Source of the DNA: Phycisphaeraceae bacterium
Lineage (GTDB): Bacteria > Planctomycetota > Phycisphaerae > Phycisphaerales > UBA1924
Direction of reading: 5' to 3'
Length of the DNA stretch: 64,000 nt
Assembly: GCA_019636555.1 (NCBI GenBank)
Contig: JAHBXH010000001.1
Location: 1,582,928 to 1,646,927 of the forward strand
In this document: piece after piece, positions 17,384 through 25,762 of the stretch
How the letters are laid out: every line of letters starts with the position of its first letter
Numbering within the stretch: the first letter of the stretch is position 1
Notes under the pieces: generated by a model
What the model was told of the DNA's origin: nothing
Database searches by the model: none
The model's input: only the letters and a program-made list of their open reading frames with translations
Translations under genes and position numbers: made by a program

Positions 17384-18023
17384 CGCCGGATGCGATCGGG
17401 AGCTTCCGGTACTTCACGCTGGAAGGGGCGAGCTACCCGCCGGCGTGCCCGGGGTCGGACATCGGGGAGCTTGTCAAACACTTCACGTACGACGGTGTGG
17501 GGCGGCTGGTCCGGGTGACTGGGCTTTGGACTGGACGGCGAAAGATGACGAGCCGTGGGTTGAACCGGCGGACAGCGAACTCGATCTTGAGGACATCGGC
17601 TTCGACGACGAGGGCGGCTACGACGGCCCGATGGGGTACAGCCGGATTTCGCGCACCAAGTCGTCGATAGACGTAATTCGCAAATCAGCCAAGCAAGCCA
17701 GGGCTATGGCCGCGCTTCGAGGAGGAGTCTTCAGCAAATTTTCTGTAGCGCAGACAGCTACGGAGGGAGCCGGTCGCGCTCTTCAGGCGCACCACATACT
17801 TCCAAAGTGGGGGGCAAGGCAGTTTGGTTTCCTTATCAAGCACGACGATATTCCCGCCGTGGTCTTGTCGCGTCGGCAGCATGCCAGAATCGGACCGCAA
17901 GTTGATAAAATTCTAAAAGGGCTTCCTGACGGCGCATCGAAAGAGCAGGTGCTCAACACGCTTCGAGAGGTCTACAGCAGGATTTGCCCTCAAGTCATTC
18001 CGTTCTTGACTGGAATCAAATGA
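17338..18023 (+). pseudogene. orphan Rhs C-terminal fragment with AHH-type HNH nuclease toxin tip
   Basis: A YD-repeat fragment VNKRGTVEWYRFPY...DIGELVKHFTYDGVGRLVRV sits in one frame. The tip ...GRALQAHHILPKWGARQFGF...RRQHARI (AHH motif) sits in another frame (ORF 17313..18023). There is no in-frame N-terminal Rhs body. Confidence 0.6.
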
Positions 18024-18892
18024 AGAAGTACTGGAAGATCGGTGTTGGAACTGTTGATACCAACGATTCTGTTCGGCACACATTCATACAGCATGCCGGT
18101 ATTGTGAAATCTGATGATCTTGATGTCACTGTCGCCAGGACTTGGTTTGCACTCGCCGATGACGATCCACGGCTTTCCACAGTGAGGAGACTTGCGAGAG
18201 AGAATTCCAACATCGATCTCTGGGAATTTCCAGACACTCGCTTTGACCGGAAAGACATTGCCGCGGCTCCATATTCCTTTCTCGGTGGACTTGCGTGGGC
18301 GACCAGAAAATCGATCGAGGCCGGCGCCGACTTCGGCACCAAGTACGACATGTCGCACGCCTGCCGCGCTTGCGGAGCCGGTGCGCGGCAGATCGGCCTT
18401 CTCAAGGTCAAGCCGAAGGAGTTGCCGAAGAAACAACCCTGGGTGCGGACCTACCAGGGAATGCTCTACCACGAGAGCTTTATCGCGCCTCTTCGCGAGA
18501 TTAAGGGCTTCGAGAAGTGCATACGCCCCGTGGAGGCGCGGAAGGGCGGCGAGCAACTTCCCTGGTATGAACTCATCAGCGACTACACCATGCCGCGCTT
18601 GAGCGGCCAAGGGATCGAGCGGCGCGACGACCCCTGCCAGGTCTGCGATCGCGGCGACTGGTGGTTCGCGAAGGAGTTCAAGGACCTTTGGTATGAAGAC
18701 ATGGATCGCGCTGTCGATAAACTTCCTCCGGTGTGTATGACATGGGAATGCTGGACAGCGTCGTACATCTTCGCGGATGATCACAAGCGATATGCACCGC
18801 AGGGGCCGGTGGTGTGCCGCGAGATCGCGCTGCACATGTTCGACAAGGTGGGAGAGGATGCGTTGGTTGTTCCGCTTCGGTTCAAGGGCTGA
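18020..18892 (+). CDS. putative immunity protein (unknown family, two CxxC pairs)
   Basis: ATG 18020 overlaps the toxin stop (ATGA). 290 aa, visibly more AT-rich than its surroundings, with CRACG and CQVCD motifs. Its position immediately after the toxin tip is the main argument. Confidence 0.45.
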   Translation: MKKYWKIGVGTVDTNDSVRHTFIQHAGIVKSDDLDVTVARTWFALADDDPRLSTVRRLARENSNIDLWEFPDTRFDRKDIAAAPYSFLGGLAWATRKSIEAGADFGTKYDMSHACRACGAGARQIGLLKVKPKELPKKQPWVRTYQGMLYHESFIAPLREIKGFEKCIRPVEARKGGEQLPWYELISDYTMPRLSGQGIERRDDPCQVCDRGDWWFAKEFKDLWYEDMDRAVDKLPPVCMTWECWTASYIFADDHKRYAPQGPVVCREIALHMFDKVGEDALVVPLRFKG

Positions 18893-18918
18893 GGGGTCCG
18901 GAAAAGCTGAGCAGACTG

Positions 18919-20310
18919 ATGCGGATTTTGGGCTACTTGTTCGGCTTGTGCTTCGGCCTGAGCACGTGGTACACGACGGACTACGGGCACGAGGTGTCGT
19001 TCGACGGGACGCCCCCGAGTGGAGTGAGCGAAGTGTTCGAGCGGCATCACGCGGCCGACGCGCCGACGGTGACGCAGTCGAAAAACCAGCTTCCGAGCGA
19101 GTGGATGACGAACCTGCACGGGAGCGCTCTACGGGGAATCCAGTCCACCGATCCGTACGCAACACCGGCCCCGATCGAGACGCACAGCCACTACCGGAGC
19201 GACCCGAACGGGAATCTGGTGTACGACGACGAGTACTTCTATCAGTACGACGCGTGGAACCGGCTGGTGCAGGTGAACAAGAGGGGGACGGTGGAGTGGT
19301 ACCGGTTCCCGTACGAGCAGTTCTATCCGCACCCATCGATGGTCTTCGGGCACAAGACGCTGGCGATCGATCGTCTTGACGCGCCGGCGCTGTCGTGGGA
19401 CAATGGAGTTGGCTCGATCTTTGAAACCCGAAGACTGGTTCCCGGCGCGAAGCTGATCGCGTACGCGCGGAACCGCACGCTCGACATCGCCAACGGCCGT
19501 TGGCTCCAGCAGGATCCGAATGCGAGTGGAATTAGCACGCTTAGGTCTGCGATGCATGGCGCAGCACCAATCGTTTCCGCGATCTTGGTCCAGTTGGAAG
19601 AACGGATCGCGGACGGGCTAAGCCTGTTTGAGTACGGCGGCTCTGAAGTAATACAACGACGGGATCCGTTGGGCTTGTACTCCGGCGACGAATTTGTAGA
19701 AGATTTATTTGGTGCGAGTTTCAGCCTTCCGACTCCCGGAGATTTCATTCGGGGCGCTCTCTCTGGAATGGTCAGCGAGTATGCATCGAGGCAGACATGG
19801 GACGTCGAATGGGCGAGCGATTTCAACCTTGGAGACAACGAACACAGTCGGACCGAGAATCTCTGGGTGACCGTCGCGCTGATGCGAGGGTTGCGAGACT
19901 GCTTCGAGATTGGATTTGGTGACTACAAGATCAATCTGCTCGATGGGTTTGACATGGCGAGTGTCGGAGGAGGAGGTGCTCGTACCCCCAAGAGCAGAAT
20001 CCACTCGCCGCGCGGGGTCGCTGGGTACGCAAGGACGGTGTCTGTAAACGGGTTCCACGCCAGTGTTTATTCAAGACCGGGAGGCGGACGCAGTTACGTG
20101 CTCTTCGACGACAAGGCGGTTCGTGCTAATGTGAGAGTCAATGTCACCACACGAGCACAGGAGCGGATCGATGCAAACAAAGCGGCAGGGCTTTCCAAAG
20201 CACCCACTGGTTGGGTATGGCATCATCACTCCACCAAGAGAGGCATAATGCAACTTGTTCCCGAGAAATTGCACGAGAAAGTCGGCCATCTCGGCCGAGC
20301 GGATTGGTAA
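18919..20310 (+). CDS. short Rhs-family protein with WHH-type HNH nuclease toxin tip
   Basis: MRILGYLFGLCFGLSTWY hydrophobic start. YD repeats (YQYDAWNRLVQV, YARNRTLDIANGRWLQQDPNASG), a core-end motif RRDPLGLY, then a C-terminal GWVWHHHSTKRGIMQLVPEKLHEKVGHLG (WHH family signature). Confidence 0.75.
   Translation: MRILGYLFGLCFGLSTWYTTDYGHEVSFDGTPPSGVSEVFERHHAADAPTVTQSKNQLPSEWMTNLHGSALRGIQSTDPYATPAPIETHSHYRSDPNGNLVYDDEYFYQYDAWNRLVQVNKRGTVEWYRFPYEQFYPHPSMVFGHKTLAIDRLDAPALSWDNGVGSIFETRRLVPGAKLIAYARNRTLDIANGRWLQQDPNASGISTLRSAMHGAAPIVSAILVQLEERIADGLSLFEYGGSEVIQRRDPLGLYSGDEFVEDLFGASFSLPTPGDFIRGALSGMVSEYASRQTWDVEWASDFNLGDNEHSRTENLWVTVALMRGLRDCFEIGFGDYKINLLDGFDMASVGGGGARTPKSRIHSPRGVAGYARTVSVNGFHASVYSRPGGGRSYVLFDDKAVRANVRVNVTTRAQERIDANKAAGLSKAPTGWVWHHHSTKRGIMQLVPEKLHEKVGHLGRADW
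19311..19529 (+). repeat. 219-bp Rhs-derived direct repeat, copy a
   Basis: Collinear with 20950-21168 at constant offset 1639. The few mismatches cluster near 19480-19500. Confidence 0.9.
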
Positions 20311-20322
20311 GGAGGAGGCCGA

Positions 20323-20796
20323 TTGCTTGAAATAATTCACGCACTAGAAGCAAGGATCGGAACTCGGTTGCCGATCGAGTATGTGCAATTTCTACTGAGC
20401 GAGCCGCTTTCAGATCCTTTTCGAAAATGGTTCTGGTTCAAGCACTCCGTGCGCGGGAGCGTTCGCATCGGAATTCGCACCTTGAATCGGCTTCCGCCAC
20501 GGCCACCAGGAACGGGACCGGAGATTCTCAGTTATGTTGACATTTACGCCGAGCGATTCGAAGGATGTGGATTGCTGCCGCCCTTTTATCTACCCCTCGG
20601 ATCGTGCTGGGACGACGAGACACTGCTTCTCGAATTGAGGCCAGGCTTGTTCTTCGGGCGTGTCAGCCTGAAGACGTACGAAACTCTTCACGAGACCGGC
20701 GTGGACAGAGCTGAAGACGACATCTTCCCGGTCGCGCCTTCGTTCGGAGTTTTTCTCTCCATGCTCACTGATCCGCAAGAGGGTGACGAACAGTAG
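20323..20796 (+). CDS. SMI1/KNR4 (SUKH-1) family immunity protein
   Basis: LEIIHALEARIGTRLPIEYVQFLLSEP... is a typical SUKH N-terminus. TTG start 13 nt after the WHH toxin stop. Confidence 0.7.
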   Translation: MLEIIHALEARIGTRLPIEYVQFLLSEPLSDPFRKWFWFKHSVRGSVRIGIRTLNRLPPRPPGTGPEILSYVDIYAERFEGCGLLPPFYLPLGSCWDDETLLLELRPGLFFGRVSLKTYETLHETGVDRAEDDIFPVAPSFGVFLSMLTDPQEGDEQ

Positions 20797-20829
20797 AGCT
20801 TCGACACCAACCCGCAAACCGATACGCCA

Positions 20830-21225
20830 CCGACCGACCGATTTGCGTACTTCTCTGCCGCGGCGGGCGCAAACCTGCCTGCCGGCTGCCTTGGCTCGGA
20901 TATCGGCGAACTGGTCAAGCACTTCACGTACGACGGTGTCGGGAGACTGGTACGAGCAGTTCTATCCGCACCCATCGATGGTCTTCGGGCACAAGACGCT
21001 GGCGATCGATCGTCTTGACGCGCCGGCGCTGTCGTGGGACAATGGAGTTGGCTCGATCTTTGAAACCCGAAGACTGGTTCCCGGCGCGAAGCTGATCGCG
21101 TACGCGCGGAACCGCACGTTCGACATCGACACTGGCAGATGGCTCCAGCAGGATCCGAATGCGAGTGGCGTAACGCTGCTGAGTGGTACCGCATACCACG
21201 GTGCTGTTGCAGACGCGATGGCAGG
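20830..21225 (+). pseudogene. third orphan Rhs repeat fragment
   Basis: ...LGSDIGELVKHFTYDGVGRLV then (frame change) EQFYPHPSMVFGHKTLAIDRLDAPALSWDNGVGSIFETRRLVPGAKLIAYARNRTFDIDTGRWLQQDPNASG. Only ~19 aa of variable tip remain before the sequence turns into a recombinase fragment. Confidence 0.6.
20950..21168 (+). repeat. 219-bp Rhs-derived direct repeat, copy b
   Basis: See copy a. Encodes EQFYPHPSMVFGHKTLAIDRLDAPALSWDNGVGSIFETRRLVPGAKLIAYARNRT...WLQQDPNASG. Confidence 0.9.
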
Positions 21226-22130
21226 CGAGTATTCGGTGCGATTCCTGCACCAGAAGATCAAGGACATGGGCTTGACTACGGGGCTTCGAGGCAAGCCCAT
21301 CGCCTTGGCCAAGGTCCATTACGCCCTTCAGAACCCGTTCTATTGCGGGGTCATGCGGTATGGCGGAGAGCTGTTCGATGGGGCCCACCAGTCGATGGGG
21401 CCCACCAGCCACTGATTTCGCAGGAATTGTTCGAGCGGTGCCAAAAAATGCGGCGGCAGCTGGGCAAAGATGGCTTGCGGGCGCCGCTACAGGGGGTTCG
21501 CCTACCGGCGGCTGTTCCGCTGCGGCGAGTGCGGATGCACGATTTCGATGGAGGTTCAGAAGGGCCACCAGTATCTGCGGTGCACCAAGAAGAAAGGCCG
21601 GTGTCGCCAGCGGTTCCTGCGGGAGGAAGAGGCGACGCGCCAGCTCGACGCCTTGCTGGAGGCATGCTCGATGCACCCGCGGACCGCGGAGCGGCTGCTC
21701 GCCAAGCTGGACGGAATCCAGGCTTCCGAGCACGAGGCCGGGAAAGCTGAGCGAATCAAACTGCGAGAAGAGATCCGGTTGGCCGATGAGCAGATAGCTC
21801 GCCTGACCCTGGCCTTCGCGTCCAGCGACCTCAGCCTGCAGGAGTTCCGGGCTCTAAAGAATCGCCTGCTTCTGGAAAACAAAGCAAGAAGCGAGGAACT
21901 AGCCAAGCTCGAAGCCGGGAACGGCTCGCTTTGGCTCGAACCCATGCGGAGATTCGTAAATGCCTCACGTGACGCGAGTTCGATCGCAAGAGCCAAAGAG
22001 TTACGGCCGAAGGCCGATTTTACCAGAAACCTCGGCTCGAACCTGACCCTGAGGGATCAGCGGCTCGCGTGGGATCGGCGTGGGGTGTGGCAACTGGTTG
22101 AGACGTCGGAGTTTGTGTCGTTGAAGAGCT
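21226..22130 (+). pseudogene. large serine recombinase, N-terminally truncated and frameshifted
   Basis: Recombinase-domain motifs YSVRFLHQKIKDMGLTTGLRGKPIALAKVHYALQNPFYCGVMRYGGELFDGAHQ / PLISQELFERCQ / zinc-ribbon FRCGECGCTISMEVQKGHQYLRCTKKKGRC and a coiled-coil tail are spread over three frames. No resolvase catalytic domain. The ORF 21470..22309 reads through the tRNA. Confidence 0.7.
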
Positions 22131-22189
22131 TGGGGAATCGGGGAGAGGGATTGACGGAAAGGGAAAGGGACGAAGAGGACACTGGGGAA

Positions 22190-22262
22190 TGGAGCGGAGG
22201 AGAGTCGAACTCCCGACCTCATCATTGCGAACGATGCGCTCTACCAACTGAGCTACCGCCCC
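22190..22262 (-). tRNA. tRNA-Ala (anticodon CGC)
   Basis: Minus strand reads GGGGCGGTAGCTCAGTTGGTAGAGCGCATCGTTCGCAATGATGAGGTCGGGAGTTCGACTCTCCTCCGCTCCA. It has a cloverleaf with a G3:U70 pair, anticodon loop TTCGCAA and T-loop TTCGACT. CCA is not encoded. Confidence 0.9.
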
Positions 22263-22457
22263 GGATTGTGCCCACGAAGACCACAAACTCCGCGGGGTGG
22301 GGAGTGTAGCGCGGAGACGAGAATCTTCCAGCCGCGCCGACGGGTCGGGCGCATCGGTGCCCGACAAGGGGGCTCGGATCGGGCACAGGCCTCAATCCCG
22401 CACGCTGAACCCGGCCCAATTCGGCGCGAACATTCCGGGCCTCGGAGGGCTATTCTA

Positions 22458-22475
22458 TTGAGAATCAATTCTCAA
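22458..22475. promoter_or_regulatory. Fur/Zur-family operator-like palindrome upstream of znuA
   Basis: ttgagaat-ca-attctcaa is a perfect 8-2-8 inverted repeat in an AT-rich patch about 45 nt upstream of the znuA start. Confidence 0.45.
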
Positions 22476-22518
22476 ATTGGATGACGCCCGCTCCGTTGGC
22501 GGTCGATGAGAAAACAGG

Positions 22519-23454
22519 ATGAATCAGACGCGGTTGAATTGGGTGTTGCGTGCGCTGGCGCTTTGCGTGTGGTGCCTGGCTGCTCCTTGCGATGGCGCGG
22601 GTCTGCGCGTCGTGGTCACCATTCCGCCCCTCAAGGGAATCATCGAACCGCTCTTGCCCGAAGGATCATCGGTCGCGGTTCTGATGACGCCGGGCCGGAG
22701 CGAGCACAATTATGAATTCACGCCGTCCGACATGGCGAGAGTGGGAGGGGCGAATCTGGTCGTTTGTGTCGGCTTGGGTCTGGAGCAACAGCTGCAACAG
22801 TTTCTTGAGTCTCACACTTCCCCGAAACGAGTCGATCTCAGCCTCGGCGCGGCCGCCGGCGTCGAGCAAGCGGCTGATTCGGACGACCAAGCAAGCGAAG
22901 GCGAATCGGAGCATCATCACGGCGCGGTCGATCCGCACGTGTGGCTCGATCCGGTTCTGGTCGAGGCGGCGCTGCCGCGGCTTGCGGATGGCGTGCGCGA
23001 CGCGATGAAAGCGACCGGAATCTGGAACGACGATGCGAAGAAGCATCTCGAAGACGCTCTTGCATCGGAGCAGGCTGAAGTCGCGAAACTCAACCTCGCG
23101 TTTCAGGAAGCGCTGGCAAAGTTCAAGGGCGACAAGATCGTCACGCATCACGCGGCGTTCGGACGGCTCGCGAACCGGTACGGGCTGGTGGTTGCGGAGG
23201 TTATTCGAGTGAACGAGGGCGAGGAGCCGACCCCCGGGCGCATCGCGGCGATCGTGCAGGCAGTTCGGAAGGAAGGCGTGACAGCAATCTACGTCGAACC
23301 GCAGTTCAGCAGCGCGACGGCCGAGCGCATTGCCAGTGCCGCGGGTGTGCGGGTTGTGAAGCTCGATCCGCTGGGCAACGGCGACTGGATCGCGATGATG
23401 CAAGAGAACCTGAACGGGCTCGTGGCCGGGCTTTCCAAAGCAAAGAACAAATAG
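22519..23454 (+). CDS. znuA: metal (zinc/manganese) ABC transporter substrate-binding protein
   Basis: TroA/ZnuA-like sequence with an acidic/His-rich loop DSDDQASEGESEHHHGAVDPHVWLDP and an N-terminal signal-like segment. Confidence 0.9.
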   Translation: MNQTRLNWVLRALALCVWCLAAPCDGAGLRVVVTIPPLKGIIEPLLPEGSSVAVLMTPGRSEHNYEFTPSDMARVGGANLVVCVGLGLEQQLQQFLESHTSPKRVDLSLGAAAGVEQAADSDDQASEGESEHHHGAVDPHVWLDPVLVEAALPRLADGVRDAMKATGIWNDDAKKHLEDALASEQAEVAKLNLAFQEALAKFKGDKIVTHHAAFGRLANRYGLVVAEVIRVNEGEEPTPGRIAAIVQAVRKEGVTAIYVEPQFSSATAERIASAAGVRVVKLDPLGNGDWIAMMQENLNGLVAGLSKAKNK

Positions 23455-23484
23455 ACTCATCGAGTCTTGCGGGCGATCCACCGG

Positions 23485-24384
23485 ATGAATCATCAAGTGG
23501 CAAGAACGAGCGAAATCGCCATCCGCTACAGCGGCGTGACGTTTTCGTACGACGGCGCCGGCGAAGCGCCGGCGCTCGATCGCGTCTCGCTCGATGTGCG
23601 GAGAGGCGAGCGGCTGGGAATCCTCGGGCCAAACGGAGGCGGAAAATCGACGCTGCTGAAACTCACGCTCGGGATCTTGCGGGGCTATTCGGGAACGATC
23701 GAGATCGAGGGTTTGGCCCCGTCAGAATCCGCGAAGAGGCGGCTCATTGGGTATGTGCCGCAGAGAGTGGAAGCGGAACTGGCTTTCCCGATTACGGCGC
23801 GCCACGCGGCATCGATGGCGGCGAGCGCCGGGCTCGGGTTTTTCGCGAGCGGACGGGGGGCGCGGGAGAAGGCGGATCGCGCGCTTTCGATGGTGGGCGC
23901 TTCTTCGTTTGCCGAAAAACCGGTGGGGACGCTGTCCGGCGGGCAACTCCAGCGGGTGATGATCGCGCGCGCTCTCGCCAGCGAGGCGAAGATCCTGCTG
24001 CTCGATGAGCCGACCGTCGGCATCGACCCGGCGGGGCAGAAGCAGTTCTCGGAGCTCATCCAGCGCTTGCACGATGAATTGAAGTTGACGACGATCGTCG
24101 TGAGCCATGATCTGCGGACGGTGGCGGCGACGAGCGATCGGGTCGCGTGCCTTGCCCGGACTTTGCATTACCACGATTCACCGGAGGGGTTGACGCCCCA
24201 CGTGTTGGCGGAAGTGTTCCGGCACGATGCCGCGGCGATCTTTGGGGATCTGCACGTCGATGCACATCGGGCGTCGGAGTGCGGGCACGATCACTCGGAT
24301 GATCATGGACACGAGGGACATGGGACCTATGGGTCCCAAGGGACTCATAGGTCCCATGAAGAACGCACAGGAGGTGGGGCGTGA
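23485..24384 (+). CDS. znuC: metal ABC transporter ATP-binding protein with His-rich C-terminal tail
   Basis: Walker A GPNGGGKST, signature LSGGQLQR, Walker B LLLDEP. Tail HVDAHRASECGHDHSDDHGHEGHGTYGSQGTHRSHE. Confidence 0.9.
   Translation: MNHQVARTSEIAIRYSGVTFSYDGAGEAPALDRVSLDVRRGERLGILGPNGGGKSTLLKLTLGILRGYSGTIEIEGLAPSESAKRRLIGYVPQRVEAELAFPITARHAASMAASAGLGFFASGRGAREKADRALSMVGASSFAEKPVGTLSGGQLQRVMIARALASEAKILLLDEPTVGIDPAGQKQFSELIQRLHDELKLTTIVVSHDLRTVAATSDRVACLARTLHYHDSPEGLTPHVLAEVFRHDAAAIFGDLHVDAHRASECGHDHSDDHGHEGHGTYGSQGTHRSHEERTGGGA
24319..24358. repeat. 40-nt near-perfect palindrome at the znuC 3' end
   Basis: catgggacctatg ggtcccaagggact cataggtcccatg has 13-bp perfect outer arms and an inner gtccc/gggac pair. 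It ends 23 nt before the znuB GTG. Confidence 0.85.
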
Positions 24385-25286
24385 AGACGCTCGAATACCT
24401 CTCGGATCCGGCGCTGCGGTCGATTTTTCTTCCCGGGGTTCTGGCCGGTCTCGCGATCGCGCTCTTCGGCGGCTTGCTGAGTGTGTTTGTCGTGATGAAG
24501 AGGCTCGCGTTCATCGGGCAGGGGATCAGCCACGCGGCGTTTGGCGGGATCGGCGTCGCGTATGTGCTGGGGTTTGGGGCTGCCGCGGTGGGCGGTGCGG
24601 GCGGGAGTGGGGCCGCGTTCAGCGCGCAACTCGGGATTGTGTTTTTGTTTTGCCTGTTCGCGGCGCTGCAGATCGGGTTCTTGACGAGCGGAGATTCGGG
24701 AAGGCGCGGAGGACGCGGGCGAGCGCAGGCGGACACCGCGATCGGCATCGTGCTGGTTGCCTCGATGGGGCTTGGTTCGCTTTTGCTGCACATCGCGGAG
24801 AAGCAGCAGCGCGTGGCGACGGTTTCGTGGGAGAGTTTGCTCTTTGGTTCGATCGTGAGCGTGAGCGAAGCGGATGCGTGGGCGGCGGGGGTGGTTGCGC
24901 TGCTGATCGTCGGCGGGCTTTTCCTGGTGCGCCGGCCGCTGACTTTCTGGACGTTTGATGAGCCGGCGGCGGCGGCGTTCGGGGTGAACGCCGGACTCAT
25001 GCGCTTTGTGCTGCTCGTGATGCTCGCGCTCGCGACGGTGACCGCGATGAAACTTGCGGGTGTTGTGCTGGCGACGGCGATGCTGGTTTTGCCCGCGGCG
25101 GCGGCGGTGCAGTTCAGCCAGCGCGCGGGGACGGTGACGGTTCTGAGCGTTCTGTTTGCCCTTTGCGCGGTGGCTTGCGGGATGGTGTTGAGCTTTGAGT
25201 TTGATTGGCCGACCGGGGCGAGTATCGTGCTGGTGCTTGCGGCGCTGTTCGGAATCGGCTGGGGAAAGAGCCGGATCGCGGCGTGA
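24381..25286 (+). CDS. znuB: metal ABC transporter permease
   Basis: ABC-3 type polytopic membrane protein. GTGA overlap with znuC and a GGAGGTGG SD upstream. Confidence 0.9.
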   Translation: MKTLEYLSDPALRSIFLPGVLAGLAIALFGGLLSVFVVMKRLAFIGQGISHAAFGGIGVAYVLGFGAAAVGGAGGSGAAFSAQLGIVFLFCLFAALQIGFLTSGDSGRRGGRGRAQADTAIGIVLVASMGLGSLLLHIAEKQQRVATVSWESLLFGSIVSVSEADAWAAGVVALLIVGGLFLVRRPLTFWTFDEPAAAAFGVNAGLMRFVLLVMLALATVTAMKLAGVVLATAMLVLPAAAAVQFSQRAGTVTVLSVLFALCAVACGMVLSFEFDWPTGASIVLVLAALFGIGWGKSRIAA

Positions 25287-25308
25287 GAGCGCGGCACTGG
25301 AGGCAAGA

Positions 25309-25494
25309 ATGAAGGCGGAAAATCTTCTGGCGGAACTCAACCGGCTTCGCAAAGACATCGGGGAAGACAAGAGCGACCTCGAGTGGCTCGCGGTGCATCA
25401 CGCGTTCTGCTTCATCAGTTACAAGATGAGCGAGTTTCAGAAGTACGTGGAAGAGCAGGACAAGGCGGGGGCGTTTCGTGAGTATGAGGGGTGA
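25309..25494 (+). CDS. small hypothetical protein (61 aa)
   Basis: ATG preceded by GGAGG at a 6-nt spacing. MKAENLLAELNRLRKDIGEDKSDLEWLAVHHAF... is helical. No family recognised. Confidence 0.4.
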   Translation: MKAENLLAELNRLRKDIGEDKSDLEWLAVHHAFCFISYKMSEFQKYVEEQDKAGAFREYEG

Positions 25495-25762
25495 ATCGAG
25501 ATGTGGGATGTGGGATCGATGCAACTATGCATCAATGACCCCCATTTGCTCCACTTGTGATGAGATGTAACTCTTGAGAGCGGGTGGAATTAGCGCGGGT
25601 CACTCGAAAGCGGGTTGCGTGCCGGCGGGATTTCGGCGAGACTCAGGGCCACCGAGAATCTGTTCGCGGATCTCGTTTGCCGCGAGCGGCCGAGGTTGTG
25701 ACGAGCAAAGTGGTTGCTCATCGGATTTGGTGTATCGCTGCAATCGTGAAGGAGCGCTGGAC

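Noticed and set aside
21470-22309. 279-aa ORF taken at face value as an intact recombinase C-terminus
   Set aside because: Its last ~60 codons run through the tRNA-Ala gene and beyond. The true end is lost or lies earlier, and the upstream parts are in other frames.
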